Positions 19,869 through 29,790 of a DNA stretch of 64,000 nt are shown one piece after another. The stretch's first letter is position 1. The number at the start of each line of letters is the position of its first letter. Source of the stretch: Candidatus Hydrothermarchaeales archaeon. Lineage in GTDB: Archaea; Hydrothermarchaeota; Hydrothermarchaeia; Hydrothermarchaeales; JAZGAD01. Below the pieces are notes generated by a model. That model worked only from the letters and a program-made list of their open reading frames with translations, had not been told where the DNA came from and searched no databases. The stretch is taken from NCBI GenBank assembly GCA_036444275.1, contig JAZGAD010000010.1, positions 5,068-69,067 of the forward strand, given 5' to 3'. A program made the translations under genes and the position numbers.

Positions 19869-20732
19869 ATGCAGATCGGAGTCGACATCGGTGGGACGAA
19901 TATTGAAGCCGCCCTCGTAGAAAGGGGTAAAGTTACTAAAAAAGCAAAGCGCAACACCGAAGCGGATAAAGGCAGAAAAGTAGTCCTCAAAAACATCGTT
20001 GACGTGATAGCCGAGGTTTTTACCACAAGCGTAGAGGCGATAGGCGTAGGCATAGCCGGGCCATTCGATCAAAAGAAGTTCGTTATGCTTCAGTCGCCCC
20101 ACATTCCCTGCCTTGTCAATTTCCCTATTAAGGATTTTCTGGAGGAGACGTTCAAGGTCAAGGTCGCTGTCGGCAATGACGCGAGGATGTTCACTCTAGG
20201 CGTATACGAGTTTGAATATAAAGACGTCAAGGATCTCGTAGGTCTAACGCTGGGTACCGGCGTTGGCGGCACTGCGATAATAGATGGAAAGATGGAGGAG
20301 AATCCAAGGGATACCAGTGGGGAGATAGGGCATATCGTTATCAAAAAAAATGGGAGGCGGTGTGGTTGCGGTGCGAGGGGTTGCATAGAGGCTTATGTTT
20401 CGGGCAGTGCAATTGAAAGGCGGTATAAGGCATTAAGCGGCAAGTCTTTGGACGCGGAGGCGATAGCCGATAATGCAGTGAAAGGCGATAAGACAGCAAA
20501 GTGGGTTATAGAGGAGGCCGGAATTCAGCTTGTAAAGGGACTTACAAAGATTGTCGAGAAATACAGGCCAATGGTTATTGTCATCGGTGGAAGTGTGGCG
20601 AACACTGAGGATATTTTAGAAATTGCAAAAAAGGAGTTCAGGAAATTAATGCCAGATGCAAAGGTGAAGGTTGAAAAGTCTAGGCTAAAGGATGCTTCTT
20701 TGCTTGGTGCAGCGAAGTTTGCTGAAGGCTAA
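19869..20732 (+). CDS. ROK family sugar kinase (glucokinase-like)
   Basis: N-terminal IGVDIGGTNIEAALV and the ROK zinc motif CGCGARGCIEAYVSG. Confidence 0.8.
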   Translation: MQIGVDIGGTNIEAALVERGKVTKKAKRNTEADKGRKVVLKNIVDVIAEVFTTSVEAIGVGIAGPFDQKKFVMLQSPHIPCLVNFPIKDFLEETFKVKVAVGNDARMFTLGVYEFEYKDVKDLVGLTLGTGVGGTAIIDGKMEENPRDTSGEIGHIVIKKNGRRCGCGARGCIEAYVSGSAIERRYKALSGKSLDAEAIADNAVKGDKTAKWVIEEAGIQLVKGLTKIVEKYRPMVIVIGGSVANTEDILEIAKKEFRKLMPDAKVKVEKSRLKDASLLGAAKFAEG

Positions 20733-20787
20733 TTATGTATTCTACGCACCCGGCGCTAAATACTTCAGCGTTATTACATCATTTGCT

Positions 20788-21831
20788 CTAAAATTCCTTC
20801 CTGTGTGGTTCAACGATTACCTTGAGGGATTCCTTTGCATCGGCGACGAGTTGAAATCCCAAGCCGGTTTCTTCCAAGTTTAATCGATGCGTAATCATGT
20901 CGTGCACATTCACATCTCTCGCGCTGATCATTTCTAGAGCTTTTGCTAGATCTTGAGGGCTAGCCCCATATGAAGTCATTAATGTAACCTCGTTGCGCCA
21001 AAGTTCATTTACAGGCACAGGCAGGTCAACCCCTGGCTTTGTCGGTGCGAAGAATATAACAGTACCTCCGCGATCCACAGATTGCAAAGCCTGGGCGAAG
21101 GTGTTAGTTGCTCCAGTGCAGACGATTACACGATCAGCAAGTGTGTTTTCATTGACTTGGCGCAAGCGGGTAGGCACATCCTCCTCTGCATGTATAACGA
21201 CATCTGCTCCAAATCGCCGTGCCGCATTCAAACGATACTCATTGATGTCCGTGGCAATTACTCTCTCTGCTCCCTTTACTCTGGCCAATTGCACATGAAG
21301 CAGTCCGGAGATGCCACTGCCTAAGACGAGTACACTATGGCCCTTCTTTACATTCCCTAGTCTTTGCCCCCGAAGTACGCAGGCCAGAGGCTCGATAAAC
21401 GTACCATCTTCATAAGATACCTCGTCGGGTAACAGATACACACCCCTCTCCACGTTTATTCTCGGGACACGAATGTATTCTGCGAAGCCACCTGGATCGA
21501 AGTTCGTTTTGTGTAAGGTTTCACATGCAGTATGGTGCCCGCTCAAACAGTAGCGGCATTCGTTGCAAGGTACGTGGTGGGAAACGAAAACCCTATCACC
21601 TGTTTTATAACGCTTCACGCCATCGCCGACCTCAACTATTTCGCCTGTTACCTCGTGGCCTAGTACAAGGGGCGCCTTTTTGACCCGGTACCACTCCATA
21701 ACGTCGCTGCCGCAGATGCCACTCGCCATGACCTTAAGTAATATCTCTCCAGGATTGATCTTGGGCGTTGACATCTCCTCCAGGCGCACATCTTGGTTAT
21801 TGTAATACATTGCTACGCGCATGATGCCCAA
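20788..21831 (-). CDS. zinc-dependent medium-chain alcohol dehydrogenase (threonine/sorbitol dehydrogenase-like)
   Basis: GICGSDV catalytic zinc motif, a structural-zinc CxxC pair, and the GSGISGL NAD-binding site. Confidence 0.8.
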   Translation of the reverse strand: MGIMRVAMYYNNQDVRLEEMSTPKINPGEILLKVMASGICGSDVMEWYRVKKAPLVLGHEVTGEIVEVGDGVKRYKTGDRVFVSHHVPCNECRYCLSGHHTACETLHKTNFDPGGFAEYIRVPRINVERGVYLLPDEVSYEDGTFIEPLACVLRGQRLGNVKKGHSVLVLGSGISGLLHVQLARVKGAERVIATDINEYRLNAARRFGADVVIHAEEDVPTRLRQVNENTLADRVIVCTGATNTFAQALQSVDRGGTVIFFAPTKPGVDLPVPVNELWRNEVTLMTSYGASPQDLAKALEMISARDVNVHDMITHRLNLEETGLGFQLVADAKESLKVIVEPHRKEF

Positions 21832-22365
21832 TTAGTCGCCCAGATAAAAGAAATTTGTGGTCGGAATGCTTTGCTTGTCGTTGCTATCTAAATAAAGGAG
21901 TCCTTCCTTGCTGCAAGGATAACTTTTTTTTAATTTTTGTACCTGATTAAATTAATGTTATATGGTCAGCAGATAGCAAGCCGCTTGCAAGGGCATAATA
22001 TATAAAAAATCCTCAACTAAACAATCAGAACCTTCATACTCGCTTAAGCACGAGGATCACCGCGTGAAATGAATACTTTTAATTCGCTGCCTCTGTAGGT
22101 GCAGGAGCCCAAATTATATTCTTTTTTTAGGTTATAGAATCCAGCATGACAAAATTGACACTCATCTATTCAACTATGTAAACCGAATGTATATGCCTCG
22201 CAAATGGCTATAGTAACTACAAAGAGAGATTCGGGATTAAGAGGTTTAAAAATACAGCCACTAAGATAAACGTGATCCTGAGCATATGCCGTGAGGGAGA
22301 AATGTTAAGAGGAAAGAAAATCGCGGCACGATTGGAAAGGCAGAGTCCGCGGAGGGGTAGATGAG

Positions 22366-25017
22366 ATGGCTGAAGGGCAAAGCGATGTGGATGTAATATT
22401 CTCGAAGGCGACTGAGCTTCACAACAAGGGTGATCTAAAAAAGGCCGCGCAACTCTACCACGAGGTTTTAGAAATAGATGAAAGCAACGCTAAGGCTTAC
22501 GTCTTATTGGCTAATATCCTTTATTACTCTGGTGAGTCTATAGAGGCGGAGGAGTACTGTCTTAAGGCGATAGAGGTAGACCCAGATTACGCTATGGCGT
22601 ATTTCAACATTGGCGTGATTAAACAGGATAAGGGGGACCTTGATGGGGCTGTGGAATTCTATGAAAAAGCCATCGAGAATAACTCAGAATACCCTCAAGC
22701 ATACTACAACCTTGGGGCCCTACTCAGGGATAAAGGTGATCTCTTCGAGGCGTTCAAAAATTTCAAGAAGGCCCTGGACCTAGATAAAAACGCCACGATA
22801 TCGAAGGAGGAGATGGAAAAGATCTTCGATAGGGTTCAAAATGAGGTGATGAGGAGGGAGATAATAAGGGATGCAGAAGAGCTTCTTATGGAAGGGGGGG
22901 TGATGGAGAAAGAAGGCGATCTAGAGATGGCGGTGGAGTTCTACAAGCGCGCCATAAAACTGAATCCAGAGTCTATAATCGCTTGTTACCTGCTGGGCAT
23001 GGTATATGAGAAACTAGGGGATATGAGGCTTGCTCTTGAAACCTATAACCGCATATTGGACATTGACCCAGATGTTGGCCTCAGGGATGCATCCCTCGAA
23101 TCAATCAAATTACTAAAGCACCTCACCGGCGTTCCTTTGCTTAGCATTGAGGATTTATCAAAGACTGCTGAGGCATTCCAGCATCGTCTTCGTGAAAAGC
23201 CCAGAGAGATGCTTTCATTCAGGGATTTCATCACAGAAGCCAAGTCGGAAGGACTAGAGTATTTTCTCAAGCAAGGGATAAAGGTGGAATCCCAAGGTGA
23301 TATAGATGAGGCCATCAAGGAGTACAAAAGGGCGATAGAGGCTAATCCTAGGGCCTCCCTTCCGTATTACCTGCTGGGGTTGTGCTTCGAATCCACGGAC
23401 GATATGGACGGCGCTATTGAGAATTATCAAAAGGCAGCAGCTCTCGATTCTAATTTATCGACTAACGATTCTTGGGTGTTGAGTGCTCTTTTATCCGATA
23501 ATCTCGGTGGCATAACGATGAATGCATATGAATGCTTTGAGACATTAAACAACTTCAAGAAATCCGCTGGCAAGAAAGAGGGAGGTTCTTTGGTAGCATT
23601 CGCCAAGAAACGTATCAGCAGAAAATCCGTAGAGGAGCTGAAAAAGGGATATCTCCTGGATTCTGGTGGAAATGCGAGTGGTGCTTTACAGAAATTCAGG
23701 GAGGCGGTTAGGATAGACCCCAACAACGCCATAGCATACGTTATCCTCGGGCTAGCTCAGGAGAGCCTAGAGGTCCCAGATGAGGCGATGAAGCAGTATA
23801 CGAAGATGGATGAGCTCGATTTCAACAGTGCTAGCAGGGATGTCCCAGATGCGGTTTTAGACATCGTAAACGAATATATGACAAGGACCACAGCTAGTGG
23901 GCATAGGGTGGGGTCGGTTCTGACCAAGTACATAGAGCTGGTTGTAAAAAATCCTGATAAGATGCTCGAACTCCTAGATTATATCGAGGACATAAAACTG
24001 GATTCAATCTCGAGTATAATACGCGGGCATCTAAAGGACGAAGTAGTACCGAAAGAAGGTGGAAGGATAATAAAGGATGTTGAGGACTTCCGGGTTGAAG
24101 CAGCGGAGAGACAGAAGGAGGTACCCAAGCAGGTTGGCGTGGGAGCTGATATGGTTTCCTTTATTTGGAAGTACAAAACTGCTAGGACGATAAAAAGCAT
24201 CGCTATTGATTCGCATGGGAGTAGCACACTAGCAGGTTCGGAGACTGGCGTGCTATACCACCTCGATAAAAATGGTGGTCTACTGAGGAAGCTTCAGATG
24301 GAGGCCGCAGTTATCGACCTAGATGTATCTCACGATGCGGCCCAAGCGGTAGTCGCGCTTCAGAATGGTGTAGTGAGACAAATAGATTTGAAAAAGGGCG
24401 AGGTCCTATGGGAGATAGACTTATCGAAGAATAGCCCTCGGAGCGTAGCCGTCTCCAAGGATGGAAAGCATGTGGCAGTTGGATTGCAGGATTCCCATAT
24501 AGCCAAGCTATCGAGGGGTCGGGTTGAATGGATGCGCGCTACGAGGGGCTTCATATCGGGGGTTGGTATATCTAAGGATGGTCGGATCATAGTAGGTGCC
24601 TCCGATGAAGGCAACCTTTACGTAATAAAGGAAGGAGTTGATCTAACGCCCGATGAAGAGTTCATTTCCCTCCATAAGCCCCTGAGGACGATGGCAATAT
24701 CGCCCGATGGGAAGTATGTAGCTGCCAGCACGGATGATGGAGACGTTTACCTATTCGACGAGAAGAAGAATGTCCTTTGGAAGCGTGAACTTGGGCAAAT
24801 AGCCTATGGTTTATGCGTATCCAAAGACGCTAGGCACGTAGTAGTTGGGTTGTCTAATGGTAAGGCTTTACTCCACGATCGTGAAGGGAGATCGTTATGG
24901 GAATATTCCAGTGGGGACAATATTTGGGATGTTGATATCAGCGAGGACGGAAAAAGCATCGTCTTAGGATGTGGGCTCGTCTTTGGCGGTGTTTACCTGC
25001 TGAAGTCAACCGTATGA
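22366..25017 (+). CDS. large TPR-repeat protein with a C-terminal beta-propeller (WD40/PQQ-like) domain
   Basis: The N-terminal ~330 aa carry repeated A-Y-x-x-x-G / AxxxYxKAIEL-type TPR units. The C-terminal ~280 aa carry repeated S-x-DG-K/R-x-V-A/V-G blades. Confidence 0.6.
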   Translation: MAEGQSDVDVIFSKATELHNKGDLKKAAQLYHEVLEIDESNAKAYVLLANILYYSGESIEAEEYCLKAIEVDPDYAMAYFNIGVIKQDKGDLDGAVEFYEKAIENNSEYPQAYYNLGALLRDKGDLFEAFKNFKKALDLDKNATISKEEMEKIFDRVQNEVMRREIIRDAEELLMEGGVMEKEGDLEMAVEFYKRAIKLNPESIIACYLLGMVYEKLGDMRLALETYNRILDIDPDVGLRDASLESIKLLKHLTGVPLLSIEDLSKTAEAFQHRLREKPREMLSFRDFITEAKSEGLEYFLKQGIKVESQGDIDEAIKEYKRAIEANPRASLPYYLLGLCFESTDDMDGAIENYQKAAALDSNLSTNDSWVLSALLSDNLGGITMNAYECFETLNNFKKSAGKKEGGSLVAFAKKRISRKSVEELKKGYLLDSGGNASGALQKFREAVRIDPNNAIAYVILGLAQESLEVPDEAMKQYTKMDELDFNSASRDVPDAVLDIVNEYMTRTTASGHRVGSVLTKYIELVVKNPDKMLELLDYIEDIKLDSISSIIRGHLKDEVVPKEGGRIIKDVEDFRVEAAERQKEVPKQVGVGADMVSFIWKYKTARTIKSIAIDSHGSSTLAGSETGVLYHLDKNGGLLRKLQMEAAVIDLDVSHDAAQAVVALQNGVVRQIDLKKGEVLWEIDLSKNSPRSVAVSKDGKHVAVGLQDSHIAKLSRGRVEWMRATRGFISGVGISKDGRIIVGASDEGNLYVIKEGVDLTPDEEFISLHKPLRTMAISPDGKYVAASTDDGDVYLFDEKKNVLWKRELGQIAYGLCVSKDARHVVVGLSNGKALLHDREGRSLWEYSSGDNIWDVDISEDGKSIVLGCGLVFGGVYLLKSTV

Positions 25018-25069
25018 TCGCTCACTCTGAAAAAAAGATTTAAGATTATCAGCTTCTAAAACCATTTTT

Positions 25070-25143
25070 GGGCCCGTAATCTAGTGGCTATGACGTCAGT
25101 CTCACATACTGATGGCTCCCGCTTCGAATCGGGGCGGGCCTAT
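25070..25143 (+). tRNA. tRNA-Val (anticodon CAC)-like gene with atypical D- and T-arms
   Basis: GGGCCCG acceptor stem paired with CGGGCCU. The anticodon arm is TCAGT-CTCACAT-ACTGA. The T-arm is TCCCG-CTTCGAAT-CGGGG with an 8-nt loop. The D-stem has an A10-C25 mismatch. Coordinates +/-2. Confidence 0.5.
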
Positions 25144-25179
25144 AATCGGCAAATAGTTTTGTAGCAAAAAGGAGAATAT

Positions 25180-26739
25180 CTACTTAAAACCTTTTTCGAT
25201 ATTCATTCCCTTCTCTTTCCCCTTTCTCCTCATCAAGAATATTCGGTTTATCCCAGAGATCATCGCCTCAACAGAGGCCATGACTATGTCCTCTCTAGCC
25301 GCTCTTCCTGTAGCTAGGTGCCCTTTCCCGTCCTCCAGTTTTACCATTACCTCGGCCAGAGCGTTAGAGCCCCCTGTTATCGCCTCAAGGTGATACTCAA
25401 TGAGCATAATATCCTCTATGTCCTGCACTGTGCTTCTTATGGCATTCATGGCAGCGTCCACCGGACCTACGCCTGTATCAGCCCCCTTTATCTCCTTGCC
25501 CTTGAACCTCAGGGTGACAGAAGCAGTAGGCGTGATGCGATTTCCTGTCATCACCGTCACTTCCTTGAGGTCGACGAGCTTTTCCTTCCCGCCGAGCTCT
25601 CCCACCACTGCCTCTGCTATTGCTTGAAGGTCAGCGTCAGTCACGCGCTTACCCTTGTCCCCAAGGTCCTTGACCCGATCAGTTATATCTAGGAGTTGGT
25701 CCTTGTTCACAGAGACGCCCATATCCTTGAGCATAGCCCCTATGCCATGCGTTCCAGCGTGTTTCCCAGAGATAAGCCTGCGCTTATGGCCAACCATTTC
25801 AGGCGTCATAACGCCAGGCTCAAAGGTGGCGCTCTTAGAGATCACGCCATGTGTATGTATGCCTGCCTCATGTGAAAACGCATTCTCACCTACTATAGGG
25901 AAATTTGGAGGCATCCTTATGCCGGTAAACCTCTCCACTACCTTAGATGTCTCATAGAGGTACTGTGTCCTTATATTCGTCTTCACGCCGTAGATGGAGA
26001 CCAGACTCATTACCGCTTCCTCCAAGTCAGCGTTTCCAGCGCGCTCGCCCAGGCCGTTCACAGCCACCTGGATCTCCCTAGCACCTGCTTCTACAGCGGC
26101 AAGAGTATTCGCTACAGCCAATCCGAAATCGTTGTGGCAGTGGACATCGATTGGGATCTTTACAGCTTCATAGACCTCCTCAGTCAGCTTGCGCATCGCC
26201 GAGGGTATCATCACCCCAACAGTATCAGGGATGTTAATAATGTCAGCCCCGGCATCTTCGGCAGCCTTGAACACTCTAATGAGGTAATCCAGATCCGTTC
26301 TAGTCGCATCCATCGCAGAGAAGAGGCACTCCACACCATGGTCCTTTATGTACTGCACAGAGTCTCCAGCCATCTTTACTATCTCTTCCTTGGATTTCTT
26401 GATGGTGTACTTTATCTGGATGTCACTGGTTGAGACGAAAGTGTGCACTAGATCCACGTTACAATCCAGGCAGGCGTCTATGTCTCCTTTTTTTGTCCTG
26501 GAAAGACCGCATACAGTCGACTCGAGGCCCTCGGCAGCGATCCTTGAGACAGCTTCCTTCTCACCCTTCGAGGATATTGGAAAACCAGCCTCGATTATGT
26601 CTACACCCAGCTTGTCCAGTTGCCGAGCAATAATCAGTTTTTCCTCGCTGGTCAGAGAAACCCCAGGTGTCTGCTCCCCATCACGGAGGGTGGTGTCAAA
26701 GACACGGACCTCCTTAGGCAGATTCATATCCTTCTTCAC
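25180..26739 (-). CDS. 2-isopropylmalate synthase / (R)-citramalate synthase (LeuA/CimA family with C-terminal regulatory domain)
   Basis: [10 protein letters not shown] catalytic N-terminus, an [17 protein letters not shown] metal site, and a C-terminal LeuA-dimer-type domain in a 519 aa product. Confidence 0.85.
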   Translation of the reverse strand: MKKDMNLPKEVRVFDTTLRDGEQTPGVSLTSEEKLIIARQLDKLGVDIIEAGFPISSKGEKEAVSRIAAEGLESTVCGLSRTKKGDIDACLDCNVDLVHTFVSTSDIQIKYTIKKSKEEIVKMAGDSVQYIKDHGVECLFSAMDATRTDLDYLIRVFKAAEDAGADIINIPDTVGVMIPSAMRKLTEEVYEAVKIPIDVHCHNDFGLAVANTLAAVEAGAREIQVAVNGLGERAGNADLEEAVMSLVSIYGVKTNIRTQYLYETSKVVERFTGIRMPPNFPIVGENAFSHEAGIHTHGVISKSATFEPGVMTPEMVGHKRRLISGKHAGTHGIGAMLKDMGVSVNKDQLLDITDRVKDLGDKGKRVTDADLQAIAEAVVGELGGKEKLVDLKEVTVMTGNRITPTASVTLRFKGKEIKGADTGVGPVDAAMNAIRSTVQDIEDIMLIEYHLEAITGGSNALAEVMVKLEDGKGHLATGRAAREDIVMASVEAMISGINRIFLMRRKGKEKGMNIEKGFK

Positions 26740-26780
26740 GGCGCTAATGCCGTAAAAAGTAATCCCGTCCTTTCATTTTT

Positions 26781-28016
26781 TTAACCTCCCTCGAACTTTG
26801 CAGGCTCCGGATATAAATCTTCCCCAACTTTATCCTTGCTTCTCGCTTCTTCTTTCTTTTTCTCCTCCATTGGTTCATTCACCAGGCCCTTCACATCGTC
26901 ATAGATAAGCCTGAAGTCCTCTTCCACACTGTAGAGCTTGCCGTCCAGAGCCTTGAGCCTGTCGAATATCCTAGAAAGCTTCTCTGAGTAGGTCCCGCGG
27001 CTCTTCAGCATCTTTCCCAGCTGGTAGAAGTACCTGATCCTCTCGCTGCGTTTTACCCCTGACAATGCAACCATCACCTCTAGGTCCTTCTTATCTGGAG
27101 AGGGAATGTCTCCTCCCCGCACCTCTACTCCACCTATGTTCTTCTCCACCCACAGCCTCGCTGGTATACTCCCCATGAAATCAATGCTCCTGGGCCCAGA
27201 TACTACGACCAAAGCCTTCTGAGCCTCGCCGACCTCGAATGGAAAGAGCATGTCAGCCGCTGCCTTCTCGGTAAGGGATACCACGAGCTCTGGCTTGCTA
27301 ACGGTCTCCAAGTGCTTGGAGAACAAACCGGAGCGCTCTTCCCTTAACACATAGCTGCCTATGCCTATACTGCAGATGCCATTGAGTGTGTTTGTCACGT
27401 CCGTAGCAGTAACCACATTCTCCCCTAACTCCTCCTTGGACTTGTATTCGCCTATATCGAAGAGCTTTCTGAAATACCAGAAGAGCTGCTTATTGATGTG
27501 ATTGTACCAAGGCCTCAACCTACGGCCACCCCTCAAGCGGTCGTTATCAATAGGGAATACTGCGTCGAATTTCGCTACGATATTCCTAAAGCACTCCGAG
27601 AAATTAATTGCTGCCCTCTCGGGATCCTCTTCAGAGGGCAGGACGCCCATGCAGTAGACCGGCTCGGTAAAGCTTCTCTTAAGTTCTTCAGCGAGGACAT
27701 CGACAGCTCCACCTGTGCCCCCACCCATAGCCGAGATTACGAGTATGCAGTCCATCTCATCTTTTATTGAATCCATTCGATCCACTATTCTGTACTTCTC
27801 AGCCTCCATTATCTCCCGCCCGATCTCCAGCTCACCTCCAGTGCCATTTCCGTCCATCACATTATCGCCTAATAGGAGTTTATAGCGGTAGTCGAAATAC
27901 TTCACGTCAGAGTCCTCTGAGTCCATTAGGATGCCGGTATACGGCTCCTTAGAAGTCAGAAATAAGTCAGCTATCCTACACCCAGCTCTGCCTACACCAA
28001 TAATGAAAGGCTTCAA
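26781..28016 (-). CDS. CetZ-like tubulin/FtsZ-superfamily GTPase
   Basis: IGVGRAGCRIADLF (T1 loop), the tubulin signature SAMGGGTGGAVDVLAEEL, and VYCMGVLPS / IDNDRL blocks resemble haloarchaeal CetZ (VYVLGILPG, VDNDAFR) rather than canonical FtsZ. Confidence 0.65.
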   Translation of the reverse strand: MKPFIIGVGRAGCRIADLFLTSKEPYTGILMDSEDSDVKYFDYRYKLLLGDNVMDGNGTGGELEIGREIMEAEKYRIVDRMDSIKDEMDCILVISAMGGGTGGAVDVLAEELKRSFTEPVYCMGVLPSEEDPERAAINFSECFRNIVAKFDAVFPIDNDRLRGGRRLRPWYNHINKQLFWYFRKLFDIGEYKSKEELGENVVTATDVTNTLNGICSIGIGSYVLREERSGLFSKHLETVSKPELVVSLTEKAAADMLFPFEVGEAQKALVVVSGPRSIDFMGSIPARLWVEKNIGGVEVRGGDIPSPDKKDLEVMVALSGVKRSERIRYFYQLGKMLKSRGTYSEKLSRIFDRLKALDGKLYSVEEDFRLIYDDVKGLVNEPMEEKKKEEARSKDKVGEDLYPEPAKFEGG

Positions 28017-28113
28017 TGAACTCCACCTAATTTTCTCTATTTAAAGAAGCTTGATAAATCTTTCCTTTTTTGGTGAAGTGTGAAGCGTAACTTTTAAATC
28101 TTAACAGTGTGCA
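28017..28113. promoter_or_regulatory. divergent intergenic region with TATA-like boxes (TCTATTTAAAGAAG; ACTTTTAAATCTT) between the cetZ-like gene and pdaD
   Basis: Two AT-rich TATA-like elements sit at plausible distances from the two divergent start codons. The call rests on sequence alone. Confidence 0.3.
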
Positions 28114-28665
28114 TTGAAGTCGATGATACCTCGAAAGATGTTTTTGACCAAGGGAGTGGGAAGGCACAAGGAAAAGCTGCAGTCCTTCGAATTAGCACTT
28201 AGGGATGCGGGCATAGAGAAGTTTAACATTGTACGGGTCTCTAGCATCCTGCCTCCAAAGTGTAAGATCATCTCCCGGGAAGCTGGCCTTAAAAAGCTGG
28301 AAGCAGGGCAGATCATTAACTGCGTTCTGAGCGAGAATGCCAGCAACGAGCCCAACCGCCTTATAGTTGCTTCCATCGGTTGTGCCATCCCAGCTAACAA
28401 GGACCAGTACGGCTACCTCAGCGAGCACCACTCATTCGGCGAAAAAGAAGGCAAAGCTAGTGACTATGCCGAGGATCTAGCGGCCTGCATGCTGGCAACT
28501 ACCTTGGGCATCGAGTTCGACGTGGACAAGAGCTACGATGAGCGTAAGGAAGTCTGGAAGATGAGTGGCAAGATAGTCAGGACTAGGAGCCTAACACAGT
28601 CAGCCATAGTAAACCCAAGCGGAAAGTGGACCACTGTTATTGCTGCCGCGGTCTTCATACCTTAA
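28114..28665 (+). CDS. pdaD: pyruvoyl-dependent arginine decarboxylase
   Basis: FLTKGVGRHKEKLQSFELALRDAGIEKFNIVRVSSILPP. The VSS|I self-cleavage site and the surrounding region match archaeal PdaD. Confidence 0.85.
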   Translation: MKSMIPRKMFLTKGVGRHKEKLQSFELALRDAGIEKFNIVRVSSILPPKCKIISREAGLKKLEAGQIINCVLSENASNEPNRLIVASIGCAIPANKDQYGYLSEHHSFGEKEGKASDYAEDLAACMLATTLGIEFDVDKSYDERKEVWKMSGKIVRTRSLTQSAIVNPSGKWTTVIAAAVFIP

Positions 28666-28792
28666 TTTAATCCCCGTGTTTTAGACACATAGTCATTAGA
28701 GAGAAAAGTTCAACTTCTGGAGAATCTCTTTTTTTGTGATTTTGTGATATATAAATAACGAATTTTATATAGCAATTTTCATATTCTTCTAT

Positions 28793-29698
28793 ATGAAGAA
28801 ACTTTTACTGTTACTGTTGCTCCTGCTCCTTCTGAGCCCTGCGCTCGTTCATGCTACTCAACTAAGATCATACAAGATATTGGCAGAGATAAAGGGCGGG
28901 ATAGTCCATGAGGAATTGTTGATCTCCCTTTTCAATGATGGTCAAAGCGAACTCATCTCAGGCTCGATTACTGCCCCCATATCTGCTGAAATAGTCTCTA
29001 TTAGAGATACCTACGGCCAGCTGGGCTACCAGATACAGAGTGATGGCATTCAAACTATGAATTTCAATTTTAGCATTCCTATTCACCCCGGTGAAGAGCG
29101 TTTGGTGATTGCGAGTATTAAGGCTCCTTTGATCACGCAAAAAGAGGAATATTCTGAATATCTCTTGGTATTCACGCCAAAGCAGAACATCTCTGACTTT
29201 GAGCACGTCCTCAAGCTTCCGAAGAACGCTGAACTATACTCCCCAAGGGAATCATTTTCAATGGTGGTGCCTGAAGGAAAGATCTCAGAAGAACCTAGTG
29301 CCATAACCCTAACTTGGAGGATGGGCCTGAAAGCAAACGAACCAACTGTCTTCCTGGTGAGATACCGCGTTCCAGCATTTCCCTGGGAAAAGCTTGCCTA
29401 TGCACTGTTCGCCTTGGGCAGCTTGCTGGCAGGTGCTTTCTTAGGCAATAAATTTTGGATTAGGCGTAAGAGGGCTAAGACCATCAAGTCCCTTAAAATC
29501 TTAAATGAGAGGGAAAGATTTGTATTAGAGGAGATAATAAAGAATGAAGGGATAAAGCAGCGTGAGCTTATAGGTAAACTCGGCTACACCAAGTCGAGCC
29601 TGAGCAAAATCCTGTCTAAATTAGAGGCCCGGGGTCTGATTAGAAAGGTCAAATCCGGGAAGGTAAACAGGCTTTATCCCGGTGAGAAAATAAGATAA
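28793..29698 (+). CDS. membrane-anchored winged-helix (MarR/TrmB-like) transcriptional regulator with an N-terminal extracytoplasmic domain
   Basis: Signal peptide with a 10-Leu run, a ~200 aa predicted extracellular domain, one TM segment (LAYALFALGSLLAGAFLG), then a cytoplasmic wHTH (ERERFVLEEIIKNEGIKQRELIGKLGYTKSSLSKILSKLEARGLIRKV). Confidence 0.5.
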   Translation: MKKLLLLLLLLLLLSPALVHATQLRSYKILAEIKGGIVHEELLISLFNDGQSELISGSITAPISAEIVSIRDTYGQLGYQIQSDGIQTMNFNFSIPIHPGEERLVIASIKAPLITQKEEYSEYLLVFTPKQNISDFEHVLKLPKNAELYSPRESFSMVVPEGKISEEPSAITLTWRMGLKANEPTVFLVRYRVPAFPWEKLAYALFALGSLLAGAFLGNKFWIRRKRAKTIKSLKILNERERFVLEEIIKNEGIKQRELIGKLGYTKSSLSKILSKLEARGLIRKVKSGKVNRLYPGEKIR

Positions 29699-29790
29699 GG
29701 CAATAGTCAGCGTATAGTTGAAACAGTTGCTGCAATAGAACTAAGCATAGTTTCCTCCTAGATATAGTCAAAAACAAGGAGGTTTAAGAA

